Source of the DNA: Promethearchaeota archaeon
GTDB taxonomy: Archaea > Asgardarchaeota > Lokiarchaeia > Sigyniarchaeales > SOKP01
Reading direction: 5' to 3'
Assembly: GCA_016840165.1 (NCBI GenBank)
Contig: JAEOSU010000032.1
Location: forward strand, 64,001 to 128,000
Length of the DNA stretch: 64,000 bases
Both the position numbers and the translations under genes were made by a program. Below the pieces are notes generated by a model. The model saw nothing but the letters and a program-made list of their open reading frames with translations, was not told where the DNA came from and made no database searches. Positions 9,293-19,519 of the stretch are shown one piece after another (position 1 is the stretch's first letter; the number at the start of each line of letters is the position of its first letter).

Positions 9293-10873
9293 ATGGTTGA
9301 TAAAATAATTCCATTTTTAATCGATGTTGGAAATGTTATTCCTGCTCGTTCAAAGGCTACATTACTTAATGAAATGGCTATGGGTTTAATTGAATGTATT
9401 AATATCTATGGAAAAAGCCTTAATAAACTTGGAAAAATCAATAGGATATCTGTTTGTTTTTGGCCGGTACGTTTAATTCCTTTGAATGAAACTCGAGCAT
9501 GTGTGTGCAGTTATCTTTTAAATAAACAAGAGAAAATCAATGCCGGGGAATTCTCTCAAGTACCGCCCAGTCCAAATAATGTGGTAACTGGCGCTGATCC
9601 AGAGTCGTTTTTGAGTTCCTTACAATCATATAATAGTACTTATTTGAAAAAATCTAAAAATTTTAAACGAAATACCGTGATGCAGGAAGCTCTCTTTAGT
9701 TCAAGCGAGGTGGAGTATTTTAAGAATTTTTTTCTGAATCAGTATAATATAAGCTCATTTAATGAACCATATTTTCTCTTAGAGGGTGGACCAATACCTA
9801 AAAGCATAAATCAAGTAAAAATGAGCCCTGAAATTTTCGAATTTATCTCACAGAAGGATGTGCATATGTTAGATTCGTATGGACAGCAGATTATAAAATT
9901 ATGCGAACGATGGATTCAGAAAGGTGCTCAAGAAGCTGACAAGATACGAAATAGAAAAGTGGATACCAGTGAAGAGGAAAAACAATTAGCAATGCTCAAT
10001 AAGGAACTCCAAGCTGAGAAAGAACGGAAGATAGAATCATCTCCAGAGGAATTGGTTAAAACGGGAAAATATAAAATAAACGATAAGACTGGAGAATTTT
10101 TAAATAATACCAGTGCAATTAAAAATTCAATTGATCGGTTAAAAAATGCTATTAATAAAAACGACCTCTTTCAAGTAGAGGCAGGTGTAAAAGACCTTGA
10201 TATAAAACATCAAGATTTAGGCAATTCCATCAGTAGATATAAAACAGAAATCGATCAATTAAAGAAAAACATACAAAAAGAGATTAGTGATTTAGAAAAA
10301 ACGAAACAACAAAAAATTCGCGAACTAGAAAAGAAAATATCTGAAGTAGAGCGCAAAATAGAAGCAAAACATAGTGAACTTAGTGGTGATTTAAGTTCAA
10401 CTGAAGATATCGTCGCTAAAATTAAACAAGAGAAACAAACATGTCTTGATAATATCGAATCGGTGAAGGATACCGAAATGACTAACGTTCAAGATTTTTT
10501 CAAAACATATTCCATTGAAATCAAGACCAAAGATGTTGTTGTTGGAATCCCAATGTTTATCTTCTACTTTGTAGATCCTAACACTAGAAGAACCACTGAG
10601 AGAGCCCCTATGTTGCCAATTCTGATTGAAAAAGGAAAACCACAACGTACTAAAGTTTTATCTTCTTTTAGAGATAAACTAAGGGCTCTAATGAACAAAG
10701 ATAATGCTATGATTAATCTTGTGGAAAAAGGAGGAGAACAAGGTAATCTTATGGACATGAAAAACTTAGATACACAGCTAGAAGACGCAATTAATGATTT
10801 GAGGATAAAAAAAATACTTGGAAAAAAAGAGGCAGCGAAAGCAAAGGATATAATTCATAATCTTGTATGGTAG
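9293..10873 (+). CDS. Hypothetical protein with long central coiled coil
   Basis: 526 aa; heptad-rich E/K/Q region roughly residues 215-400 flanked by globular segments. Confidence 0.75.
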   Translation: MVDKIIPFLIDVGNVIPARSKATLLNEMAMGLIECINIYGKSLNKLGKINRISVCFWPVRLIPLNETRACVCSYLLNKQEKINAGEFSQVPPSPNNVVTGADPESFLSSLQSYNSTYLKKSKNFKRNTVMQEALFSSSEVEYFKNFFLNQYNISSFNEPYFLLEGGPIPKSINQVKMSPEIFEFISQKDVHMLDSYGQQIIKLCERWIQKGAQEADKIRNRKVDTSEEEKQLAMLNKELQAEKERKIESSPEELVKTGKYKINDKTGEFLNNTSAIKNSIDRLKNAINKNDLFQVEAGVKDLDIKHQDLGNSISRYKTEIDQLKKNIQKEISDLEKTKQQKIRELEKKISEVERKIEAKHSELSGDLSSTEDIVAKIKQEKQTCLDNIESVKDTEMTNVQDFFKTYSIEIKTKDVVVGIPMFIFYFVDPNTRRTTERAPMLPILIEKGKPQRTKVLSSFRDKLRALMNKDNAMINLVEKGGEQGNLMDMKNLDTQLEDAINDLRIKKILGKKEAAKAKDIIHNLVW

Positions 10874-10985
10874 CCATAAACCTAAATCTAAATTTTTTAA
10901 TATTCTTTTTAATCTCTTAAATTTAAAATATTTGTATAATTATATTTCTTACCTAATTTTGAAAATTTAGAAATGGAGAGCTATA

Positions 10986-12239
10986 ATGGCTAATAAATTA
11001 AATTTAACGAAAAGCTTTGAATTGTATGAAGAAGCTTTGAATCTTATACCTGGAGCTATATTAGGAATTCGAAGACCATATAATTTTGTTGAAGGAGAAT
11101 ATCCTATATTTTTTAAAGAAGCAAAGGGCGGGAAGGTTATTGATGTAGATGGGAATTCTTACATTGATATGCTTTGTGCTTATGGACCAATAATAATAGG
11201 TCATCAAGAGCCAGAAATTGATAATGCTGTTATTGAACAGATTAAAACTAAAGGATTTTGTATGTCTCTTACTCAACCAATTCAAAATGAATTAGGGAAG
11301 TTATTGAGAAAGCATATCCCTTGCTGTGAAAAATTAGTATTAATGAAGATGGGGACAGACGCAACAACTGCAGCAATCCGCGTTGCTCGAGCATATACTA
11401 AAAAAGTAAAAATCTTAACATGTGGATATCATGGATGGTACGATGCTTTCAGCGAGGTTCATGGTATAGAAGCTGGTATTCCCGAGAAATTATATGAAGA
11501 CTTCTATGAATTCCAATTTAATAATATAGTTGAAGTCGATCAATTGTTTAAGGAACATAAAAATGAAGTTGCTGCCGTTATTGTGAATCCAATTCATACT
11601 CCTGGAGGGAGAGAGGTTCAAGAACCAGAAAATGATTTCCTTAAAACTTTAAGAAATCTATGTTCTGAAAATGACGCTTTATTGGTCTATGATGAAATAC
11701 GTACTGGATTCAGGGTAGATATGGGAGGCGCTCAGAAAAAATATGATGCTATCCCTGATTTAGCAGCCTTTGGAAAAGCGATGGGGAATGGCTATCCTAT
11801 CAGCACGTTAGTTGGAAAGAAAGAATATATGGATGTGTTAGTCGAAAAAGTATTTTTAAGTTCAACTTTCTTTCCAAACAGTTTGGCACAAATAGCAGCA
11901 ATTAAAACCATCCAAATGTTAGAACGAGAAAAGGTTTTAGAAACTATCGCAGAAAATGGAGATCTTTTTGCTAATCAAGTTAAGGACTATATTACAGATA
12001 GCAGAATTCCTTGCAAATTTAGTGGAGCACCTTGGATGCCTTATATAACCTTCGATCCTGATCCTAATTATTTGTATCGTAAACTTAGGGAAGAATTTTA
12101 TCGACAATTAATACGCCAGAAAGTATTTTTGCAACCTTTTCATCATGGTTACATCGCATACCGGCACACAAAAGAAGATTTAGATTATGCTGCTCAAGCA
12201 ATTGATAATGCTTTGAAATCATGTAAATCATTAATTTAA
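10986..12239 (+). CDS. kat: Class III PLP aminotransferase, probable 3-aminobutyryl-CoA aminotransferase
   Basis: GIRRPYNFVEGEYPIFF..DVDGNSYIDMLCAYGPIIIG N-terminus recalled for Kat; DEIRTGFR, FGKAMGNG PLP lysine; near kce/kdd/kam genes. Confidence 0.8.
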   Translation: MANKLNLTKSFELYEEALNLIPGAILGIRRPYNFVEGEYPIFFKEAKGGKVIDVDGNSYIDMLCAYGPIIIGHQEPEIDNAVIEQIKTKGFCMSLTQPIQNELGKLLRKHIPCCEKLVLMKMGTDATTAAIRVARAYTKKVKILTCGYHGWYDAFSEVHGIEAGIPEKLYEDFYEFQFNNIVEVDQLFKEHKNEVAAVIVNPIHTPGGREVQEPENDFLKTLRNLCSENDALLVYDEIRTGFRVDMGGAQKKYDAIPDLAAFGKAMGNGYPISTLVGKKEYMDVLVEKVFLSSTFFPNSLAQIAAIKTIQMLEREKVLETIAENGDLFANQVKDYITDSRIPCKFSGAPWMPYITFDPDPNYLYRKLREEFYRQLIRQKVFLQPFHHGYIAYRHTKEDLDYAAQAIDNALKSCKSLI

Positions 12240-12372
12240 TAATAAAATCTGGTAAATTTGAATATTTTTTTATAACTTAAATTATTTTATAATATTTCAT
12301 ACATTAAAAATGAAAATTTGTTAATTATTTATAATTAGAAGAATTAAATAATAGATTTGTTTTTTATTCAAT

Positions 12373-12915
12373 ATGAATCTATCTTCAGAATCTGAACCTA
12401 AACAGAGTTTACTTAAAAATAAATTTTTTATTGTAGAAACAATCTATCTCATTATCATCGTTATCATTACGATAACAATTTTTCTTGATTTCATAGACAC
12501 GGGATTTTTCCTCGGTCCATTACGCTTCTCTCATTGGATGGGAATAATTGGAGCTTTTTTTATCATTTTTTTCGCACCATTATTTTATTATCTGAAACGT
12601 CGTTATCCCAAACGATATAAAATTTTGATGAACATCCATGTATTTGGTTTTACTACTTCTTTCTTACTTGTGTCTATACATTTTGCTGGACAACTTAGTC
12701 GTCCATTACAATTTTATCCAGATTTAGGAGCAGGATTAGCTCTCTACATTATCGTAGCTCTCCTCGTTGGCACAGGGTATTTGTTCAGATATAATCCCTT
12801 CAAATGGAAACGTAAAAAAGTTTCCCCTCATTTTAACAGGACATTACACGTGGGTCTTATAAGTGGATTATATATCGTAATGATCGTTCATGTCACATTA
12901 AACTTTTTAATCTAA
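12373..12915 (+). CDS. Membrane protein with His-bearing TM helices (ferric-reductase/cytochrome b-like)
   Basis: About 5 TM; His pairs IHVFG..SIHFA and LHVGL..IVHV. Confidence 0.55.
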   Translation: MNLSSESEPKQSLLKNKFFIVETIYLIIIVIITITIFLDFIDTGFFLGPLRFSHWMGIIGAFFIIFFAPLFYYLKRRYPKRYKILMNIHVFGFTTSFLLVSIHFAGQLSRPLQFYPDLGAGLALYIIVALLVGTGYLFRYNPFKWKRKKVSPHFNRTLHVGLISGLYIVMIVHVTLNFLI

Positions 12916-12952
12916 TTAAATCTAACAAAATTTCCTTTTTTAATTTCTCCTC

Positions 12953-13198
12953 TTAATCTTTTCGTATATCTGATAATTCTGAAAGGAAATTAACTCTTAA
13001 AGTGTTTAGTTCTTTAGCTTGTTTATCATGCCTTTCCTTTAAATCTGCTAATTTATCTTCTAGTTCTTTATTTGTTTCCTCTAATATCTCAACCTTTTTA
13101 TCAACCTTAGATAATTTTTCATTACCATTTCCTAATAAAGTTATGTGTTCAATATTCTCTACATAGTGATTCATAAATTCTTCTGGATCACTTAACAT
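12953..13198 (-). CDS. Short coiled-coil ORF, possibly a gene remnant
   Basis: 81 aa heptad-rich; frame stays open upstream to a TGA at 13253-13255. Confidence 0.4.
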   Translation of the reverse strand: MLSDPEEFMNHYVENIEHITLLGNGNEKLSKVDKKVEILEETNKELEDKLADLKERHDKQAKELNTLRVNFLSELSDIRKD

Positions 13199-13306
13199 TG
13201 TTTCATATCTCGCTGAAACACCAACTGATGTCCCCTCATTCTTTCCACAATCTCATAATCTATACGGTTTCTTTTTAATTCTGTGTTGAACCATCTTCGA
13301 AAACTT

Positions 13307-14473
13307 TTAGGTGTAACATTTTCTAAAAAGAAATTTTAATCCTTTCTTTTCAATGTACCACCAAAGAACTCCAACCGAAATACAAATTATCCAATTTATA
13401 ATTAATAAGCCAATATTTACAAAAAGATCCCCAGATGCGATGCCAAGGGGATTAACTATTCCCGCAAATCCTAAAGTGTTCCACACGTCCTCATAAGCGA
13501 TATATAAACAGACATAATATAGATCTTGAACTAAATAAATATGAAACGTTGCTCTACCGACTGGAGAGATAACTTTTGCTATTGGATTTTTAGGATTTTT
13601 CGGCAATAAACGTAGGACTATTAAAAAGATTAGAGCGGAATACACAAAAGTAAGATAATTATAATCTCCCCTTATAATTTCAGAGCCATTAATTACCAAT
13701 CGAAAATCAAAGAAGTCCCAAGCAATCATGTATATTAAATTGACTGGAAATAATATCCACACAAATAAGTTCCTTTTACTAAACAAATTATGATTCTGTG
13801 AAAACCAGATCCCCATACCCACAGCTGATAGATATAGGAAAATAACCTGTCGAAAAGGTAACTCTCGTAAAATATCATCAATTCCAGTTATTGGCCCAAT
13901 ATAAAAAAACAAGAATAAATGCATACAGATTTCAATAAGAAAACAAAGAATAAGAGTCAAAATAGGCTTTTTACTAAACAAATAATATAACAGAGGAAGT
14001 AATAGTATTGATTGGATTAATACTGGAATGAACCAATTACCAGGGCCCTCTAAAAGTGATTTTTGAAATACAATATATTCTAAAAACCAGTTTTCATTAA
14101 GCGTTTCCGGGAAATATGCTCCATAAATGATAAATCCAATTATAGTTGATATAATATAAAAGATAATATAAGGAAATATAAAACGCCAGAATTTCTTTTT
14201 AAAGTATGAGAGTGAATATAACTTTTTTAAAGATGCATCTCCTTCTCGGGCAAAAGATTTTCCCATATTAAAACCTAATATAACCAAGAATACGGGGATA
14301 GACATTCTTTCCCATAATTGATAACCAATTCCAAATATTTGACTATAAGCCAAAGAATGATCTAAAACGACGAAAGCAATCATAATTGCTTTCAATAAAT
14401 CAATCTGGAAAAGATTTTTTGATTTATTTTCCTGTTCAATAACTACATCATCATTCAATAAATTATCTTGCAT
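13307..14473 (-). CDS. Acyltransferase family 3 membrane protein
   Basis: IDLLKAIMIAFVVLDH, IPVFLVILGF, GNWFI, about 10 TM. Confidence 0.85.
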   Translation of the reverse strand: MQDNLLNDDVVIEQENKSKNLFQIDLLKAIMIAFVVLDHSLAYSQIFGIGYQLWERMSIPVFLVILGFNMGKSFAREGDASLKKLYSLSYFKKKFWRFIFPYIIFYIISTIIGFIIYGAYFPETLNENWFLEYIVFQKSLLEGPGNWFIPVLIQSILLLPLLYYLFSKKPILTLILCFLIEICMHLFLFFYIGPITGIDDILRELPFRQVIFLYLSAVGMGIWFSQNHNLFSKRNLFVWILFPVNLIYMIAWDFFDFRLVINGSEIIRGDYNYLTFVYSALIFLIVLRLLPKNPKNPIAKVISPVGRATFHIYLVQDLYYVCLYIAYEDVWNTLGFAGIVNPLGIASGDLFVNIGLLIINWIICISVGVLWWYIEKKGLKFLFRKCYT

Positions 14474-14674
14474 TCTTTTATTCTCTTAAAGAATATTAAT
14501 TGAATTCAAATGTCTTTGTAAACTAATAAATGTTATATATCATTACTTCTAAAATCTTAGAAGTTAGATACACCCGTATAAAATATGACCGAAACAATCA
14601 TAAAATTTTATTAGTTAAACAATTTTTTATCCTCACTAAAGTTATATTATTTCAAACGTATAATTGAAATAACT

Positions 14675-15496
14675 ATGGAGAAATTGATAATCACTGCTGC
14701 TATATGTGGTGCTGAAGCCTTTAAAGAGAATAATCCAGCTATTCCATATACAGTAAAAGAAATTGGTATAGAAGCAGAAAGAGCGTTTTTAGCTGGAGCT
14801 AGCATTATTCATCTTCATGTTCGTGAAGATGATGGAACTCCTACTCAAAATAAAGAACGGTTTAAAGCATGCATGGAAGAGATAAAAAGTAGGATAGAAG
14901 AGGTTATTATTATGCCGTCTACGGGAGGAGCTGTTGGTATGACAGATCAGGAGAGGCTTCAACCCATATTTCTTGAAAATATTGAAATGGCTAGCTTAGA
15001 TATGGGAACAATGAATTTTGGAGGTCAAGAAATTTTTGTAAATACCGAGAAAACCATAAAACACTTTGCCGAAGAGATGTATAAGCGAGGAATTAAACCT
15101 GAACTAGAATGTTTTGACAAAGGGATGATTGATACCACTTTACGATTGAACGCTCAAGGTTTAATTAAATCCCCAATGCATTTTAATTTAGTGTTTGGGG
15201 TTAAAGGTGGAATAAACGCAACTATCAGAGATTTGGCATACCTTATTGATAATCTTCCTCATAATTCTACCTACACAGTAACTGGTATTGGTCAATATGA
15301 AATGCCAATGGCGGCCTTAAGTATAGCTTTAGGTGGACATGTTCGCGTAGGCCTTGAAGATAATATTTATATATCTAAAGGAGTGTTAGCTGAGTCGAAT
15401 GCTCAATTAGTAGATAAAATAGTTCGTATCGCAAATGAGATGGGCAGAGAAATTGCCTCTCCATACGACGCGAGAAAGATTTTAAAAATTAAATAA
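14675..15496 (+). CDS. kce: 3-keto-5-aminohexanoate cleavage enzyme
   Basis: LIITAAICGAE, IIHLHVREDDG, STGGAVGM, HVRVGLEDN. Confidence 0.92.
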   Translation: MEKLIITAAICGAEAFKENNPAIPYTVKEIGIEAERAFLAGASIIHLHVREDDGTPTQNKERFKACMEEIKSRIEEVIIMPSTGGAVGMTDQERLQPIFLENIEMASLDMGTMNFGGQEIFVNTEKTIKHFAEEMYKRGIKPELECFDKGMIDTTLRLNAQGLIKSPMHFNLVFGVKGGINATIRDLAYLIDNLPHNSTYTVTGIGQYEMPMAALSIALGGHVRVGLEDNIYISKGVLAESNAQLVDKIVRIANEMGREIASPYDARKILKIK

Positions 15497-15526
15497 AAAA
15501 TATGAAAAGATAAGATTGGGAATAAA

Positions 15527-16234
15527 ATGTATAAAGATTTCGCAGATGTTTATGATTTAATTTATTCTTTTATTGATTATAAAAAAGCTTGTAAAAAGCT
15601 CTCTAAGTTAATTAAGAAATACAAGAAATCTTCTGGAATAGAGTTACTTGATGTTGCTTGTGGGACGGGTTCCCACTTATTTTATTTACAAAATGAATTT
15701 ATTTGCTCAGGTACAGATATAAATACAGAAATGTTAAACATTGCCGGAGAAAAAGTAGAAAATGCGACTTTTATTCACTCCGACATGATAAATATGGATC
15801 TTAAAAAGAAATTTGATATCATTACCTGCCTATTTAGTTCAATTGGTTATGTAAAAACATATGAAAACTTAAAAAAAACGATTGAAAATTTTTCTAATCA
15901 TTTAAACCCTGGAGGTGTGGTAATCATTGAACCATGGATATCAAAATCAGATTATCAACCCGGAAGGCCTTCAATGAATACTTATGATAACGATAATATA
16001 AAAATCGCCCGGTTAAACACAGCAAAACTCAATGATAATTTGTCTATCATGGAAATGCATTATTTAATGGTCAAAAAAGATGAGGATGTACAATATTTTA
16101 AGGATTGCCATGAGTTAGGCTTATTTGATCATGAAGAGACAATCCAGATAATGAAAGATTCAGATTTGGAAGTAATATCATTTCAAAAGGGAGTAATGGT
16201 TGATAGGGGTCTTTTTTTAGGGATCAAGAAATAA
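15527..16234 (+). CDS. Class I SAM-dependent methyltransferase (N-methyltransferase-like)
   Basis: LLDVACGTG, CLFSSIGY, HLNPGGVVIIEPW. Confidence 0.88.
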   Translation: MYKDFADVYDLIYSFIDYKKACKKLSKLIKKYKKSSGIELLDVACGTGSHLFYLQNEFICSGTDINTEMLNIAGEKVENATFIHSDMINMDLKKKFDIITCLFSSIGYVKTYENLKKTIENFSNHLNPGGVVIIEPWISKSDYQPGRPSMNTYDNDNIKIARLNTAKLNDNLSIMEMHYLMVKKDEDVQYFKDCHELGLFDHEETIQIMKDSDLEVISFQKGVMVDRGLFLGIKK

Positions 16235-16255
16235 TATATCAAAACTAAGATGTGA

Positions 16256-17299
16256 ATGAATATGAAAAAAGGAAACAAATATGGAACCCATAGGGTGATC
16301 AAGCCTATAGGGGCTCTTCCACAACCAGCTCAGAAAATATCCAATGATGAAAACTTATTTGATAATGAGATATTAGTTGATGTTGATTACTTGAATATTG
16401 ATTCAGCAAGTTTTACTCAATTAAAAGAAGAAGCACGCGGCGATTTAAATAAAATAGAAAAAAGGATTATACAAATAGTAAGTGAAAAAGGAAAAATGCA
16501 AAATCCAATTACAGGTTCAGGGGGAATGCTAATTGGTACAGTGGAGAAAATTGGGGATGCGATTTTAGGAAAAATAGATCTCAAAAGTGGGGACAAAATA
16601 GCGACATTGGTCTCTCTTTCTTTAACTCCTCTTAAAATCAATAGGATCAAGAAAATTTATCCAGAAATTGATCGTGTAGAAATTGATGGTAAAGCAATTC
16701 TGTTTGAAAGTGGAATTTTTGCAAAATTACCTAAAGACATGGAAGATACTTTGGCACTAGCAGCACTCGATGTTGCAGGAGCTCCCGCTCAAGTGCAAAA
16801 GCTTGTGAAACAAGGAGACACAGTACTGATTCTAGGTGCAACAGGCAAATCAGGTCTGATGTGTTCATATATGGCTAAAAGAATGGTTGGAAAAGAGGGG
16901 AAAGTTATTGGTCAGGCAAGAAATGGATCGCGAGCTAGTTTTCTCAAAGAAACACAATTTTGTCATGAGGTTATAATTGCTGATGTGCTAAAACCCATTG
17001 AAGTATTGGAAGAAACATTAAAAGTGAATAATGGAAGAGAAGTAGACATCTCGATAAATTGCTTAAGTATTCCGAATACAGAAATGTCGAGTATTTTACC
17101 GGTTCGAGATGGTGGCATAGTATATTTCTTTTCGATGGCAACTAGTTTTACAAAGGCCGCATTAGGAGCAGAAGGTGTAGGAAAAGATGTTACCATGATT
17201 ATTGGGAATGGTTATACCAAAAATCATGTGGAAATAACGTTAAATCTTTTGAGAGAATCTGAAAAGTTAAGAAGAATATTTGAAGAAAAATATTGTTAG
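16256..17299 (+). CDS. kdd: L-erythro-3,5-diaminohexanoate dehydrogenase
   Basis: KGNKYGTHRVI.P.G.LPQPA, NIDSASFTQ, ALAALDVAGAPAQ, FFSMATSFTKAALGAEGVGKD. Confidence 0.93.
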   Translation: MNMKKGNKYGTHRVIKPIGALPQPAQKISNDENLFDNEILVDVDYLNIDSASFTQLKEEARGDLNKIEKRIIQIVSEKGKMQNPITGSGGMLIGTVEKIGDAILGKIDLKSGDKIATLVSLSLTPLKINRIKKIYPEIDRVEIDGKAILFESGIFAKLPKDMEDTLALAALDVAGAPAQVQKLVKQGDTVLILGATGKSGLMCSYMAKRMVGKEGKVIGQARNGSRASFLKETQFCHEVIIADVLKPIEVLEETLKVNNGREVDISINCLSIPNTEMSSILPVRDGGIVYFFSMATSFTKAALGAEGVGKDVTMIIGNGYTKNHVEITLNLLRESEKLRRIFEEKYC

Positions 17300-17742
17300 C
17301 TAGAATTTTTATAATCCTCTCCACAATAACAAGTTTCGGAATTAGGAATTTCATTTCCACAGGGACAAAAATTTGGATGGTTATATTTCTCACAAATTCT
17401 ATTGATAGTCTCACAAGAGAACATTAAATTAAGTTTTTCACTTTCTTCGTGTGCCTGATCTATAGTTAACTCCAACTCATTATAGAGGAGAAGTTCTAGT
17501 AGTTGGGCATGACGCAATAATTCCTTGGCAAGATTTACTCCTTTTTGAGTAAGCTCGACATGAGAATAACGTATCCATTTAATTAACTCAGCTTTTTCAA
17601 GTCTTTCAAGACAACTATTTATAGTTGATAAAGCTATTTTAATAGCTCTAGTAGATTTGATTTCTGATTGAATTTTCTTCAATCTTACCTTTTCATCGTT
17701 CCGGAAAATAATTTTTAATATTTGGTAATCGATATCCAACAT
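17296..17742 (-). CDS. DtxR/MntR-like metal-dependent transcriptional regulator
   Basis: wHTH then VELTQKG..A..LLRHAQLLE, AHEESEKL; Cys-rich tail HPNFCPCGNEIP..CYC. Confidence 0.85.
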   Translation of the reverse strand: MLDIDYQILKIIFRNDEKVRLKKIQSEIKSTRAIKIALSTINSCLERLEKAELIKWIRYSHVELTQKGVNLAKELLRHAQLLELLLYNELELTIDQAHEESEKLNLMFSCETINRICEKYNHPNFCPCGNEIPNSETCYCGEDYKNSS

Positions 17743-17759
17743 ATTTTATCAATCCTTAT

Positions 17760-18515
17760 TTAATGATTGTGTCCTCCTAAAAAGAGAAGCAGTGTCATTA
17801 GGACTATACCAAGAACAATTAGGAATAATTGTTTAACAATTTCTTTCGTTTCTGTACGTTCATGAAGTTGAGGAGTTAAGTCAGATAATGCAATATATAT
17901 AAAACTGGCAGCGGAGAAAGCCAAAAAGATCGGAACGACTGTCTCAAAAACATCTAAAATGAAATAACTTATAATTGCTGAAGGTATGGTAGTAGAACTA
18001 GATAGAATATTATATAAAAATGCTTTTTTGTTTGACATTCCACTATGGATCAATATTGCAAAATCACCCGTCTCTTGTGGGATTTCATGCATAATAATTG
18101 TGAAACTCGCTGCTAAACCAATATTAAAATCAGTTAGAAATGCTGCAGCAATTACAATGCCATCAGTAAAATTGTGAAATGCATCCCCAATTAAAACTAA
18201 TGGTCCAGGTGCATGAGCATGAACCTCACATGCATTATTTTGACAATTTCTCCAAATAAGGAATTTTTCTAGAAAGAAAAAAAATAAGATCCCTCCTAAT
18301 ATTATGGTAGTTATAAGATGTGGCTCCGTTACAGCCTCTATTGACTCTGGAATTAAACCCAAGAATGCAGCGGTTAATAATGTTCCCGTAGCAAAGGATA
18401 GTAATGCGGGAATTAACTTTTTTTGAATTTTTTCTCCTAATACAACAAATATTGAAGCGGCTGCGATAGCCCCGACACTCCCCAAAATACTAAAGAGTAT
18501 AACCCATATTAACAT
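17760..18515 (-). CDS. ZIP family metal (Zn) transporter
   Basis: GDAFHNFTDG, HEIPQETGD. Confidence 0.92.
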   Translation of the reverse strand: MLIWVILFSILGSVGAIAAASIFVVLGEKIQKKLIPALLSFATGTLLTAAFLGLIPESIEAVTEPHLITTIILGGILFFFFLEKFLIWRNCQNNACEVHAHAPGPLVLIGDAFHNFTDGIVIAAAFLTDFNIGLAASFTIIMHEIPQETGDFAILIHSGMSNKKAFLYNILSSSTTIPSAIISYFILDVFETVVPIFLAFSAASFIYIALSDLTPQLHERTETKEIVKQLFLIVLGIVLMTLLLFLGGHNH

Positions 18516-18554
18516 ATTTTTCCTTACTTTTAGATTAATAATTTATAATTCTAT

Positions 18555-19310
18555 TTAAATCAAAGATTTCCAAAGAAAGATTAAGATCATTATACCTATT
18601 CCAGCTAAAATTAGTGTTATTTGCCTCAATGAATATTTAAATCCCACTTTTTTATGCAGTTCTGGTGTTAAATCAGATAGTGCGATATAAATGAAACTAG
18701 ATGCGGAAATCGCCAGTACGTATGGTATCGCTAGGCTGAGTATATCTAAGATAAAGTATCCGATAATTGCTGCGGGGATAGTCGAAAGACCAGAAAGAGT
18801 ATTGTATATGAATGCTTTTTTCTTAGTGTAATCTTTATCAATTAAAATAGCTAGATCTCCAATTTCTTGTGGGATCTCATGAGCTATTACTGAAATACTT
18901 ACTACAATTCCAACAAATGGATCTAATAAGAAGGAGGCAGCAATTACTATACCATCAACGAAATTGTGAAAAGCATCACCAATTAGAATAATCGGTCCTG
19001 CTGCACTTTCGGTGACTTCGCAGGAATCCTCATGACAATGTCTCCATATGACTAATTTTTCTAAAATGAAAAAAAACAAAATTCCTCCTAAGAAAAATGA
19101 CATTACAAGCTGAATTTGATTCCCTGAATTTATAATGGCCGTAGGAATCATTCCTAGGGATGCGGCTGCGAGAAGTGTTCCGATAGCAAATGAAACCAAA
19201 CAACTTACAAGTCCTTTTTGGGATCGTTTTTTAATTGACAAAAAACCAAAGGCAATTATAATTGCCCCAACACTCCCTAAAATGCTAAATAATATAACCC
19301 AAAATATCAT
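18555..19310 (-). CDS. ZIP family metal (Zn) transporter, tandem paralog
   Basis: GDAFHNFVDG, HEIPQEIGD; same length (251 aa) as neighbour. Confidence 0.92.
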   Translation of the reverse strand: MIFWVILFSILGSVGAIIIAFGFLSIKKRSQKGLVSCLVSFAIGTLLAAASLGMIPTAIINSGNQIQLVMSFFLGGILFFFILEKLVIWRHCHEDSCEVTESAAGPIILIGDAFHNFVDGIVIAASFLLDPFVGIVVSISVIAHEIPQEIGDLAILIDKDYTKKKAFIYNTLSGLSTIPAAIIGYFILDILSLAIPYVLAISASSFIYIALSDLTPELHKKVGFKYSLRQITLILAGIGIMILIFLWKSLI

Positions 19311-19358
19311 CTTTTTATAAAATTCTTAATTTATTGTATATTTTTTCTTATATATTAA

Positions 19359-19374
19359 TTACGATAGATCGTAA
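19359..19374. promoter_or_regulatory. Candidate operator palindrome between ZIP operon and kamA
   Basis: TTACGAT-AG-ATCGTAA perfect 7-2-7 inverted repeat next to TATA-like AT tract. Confidence 0.55.
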
Positions 19375-19519
19375 ATCTTCATTTTTAAACATTTCGCTCC
19401 CAAATACAATATAATATGATTTTCAATAAAAGAGCGATATTTATTAAACAAATAACTATTTGAACAAAAAATCTTTAACTAACTTGATATATCGGGATTT
19501 AATAAAATATTGAATCATT

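Noticed and set aside
10986-12239. Glutamate-1-semialdehyde aminomutase (hemL) call
   Set aside because: N-terminal motif and lysine-cluster context fit Kat better; no tetrapyrrole genes nearby
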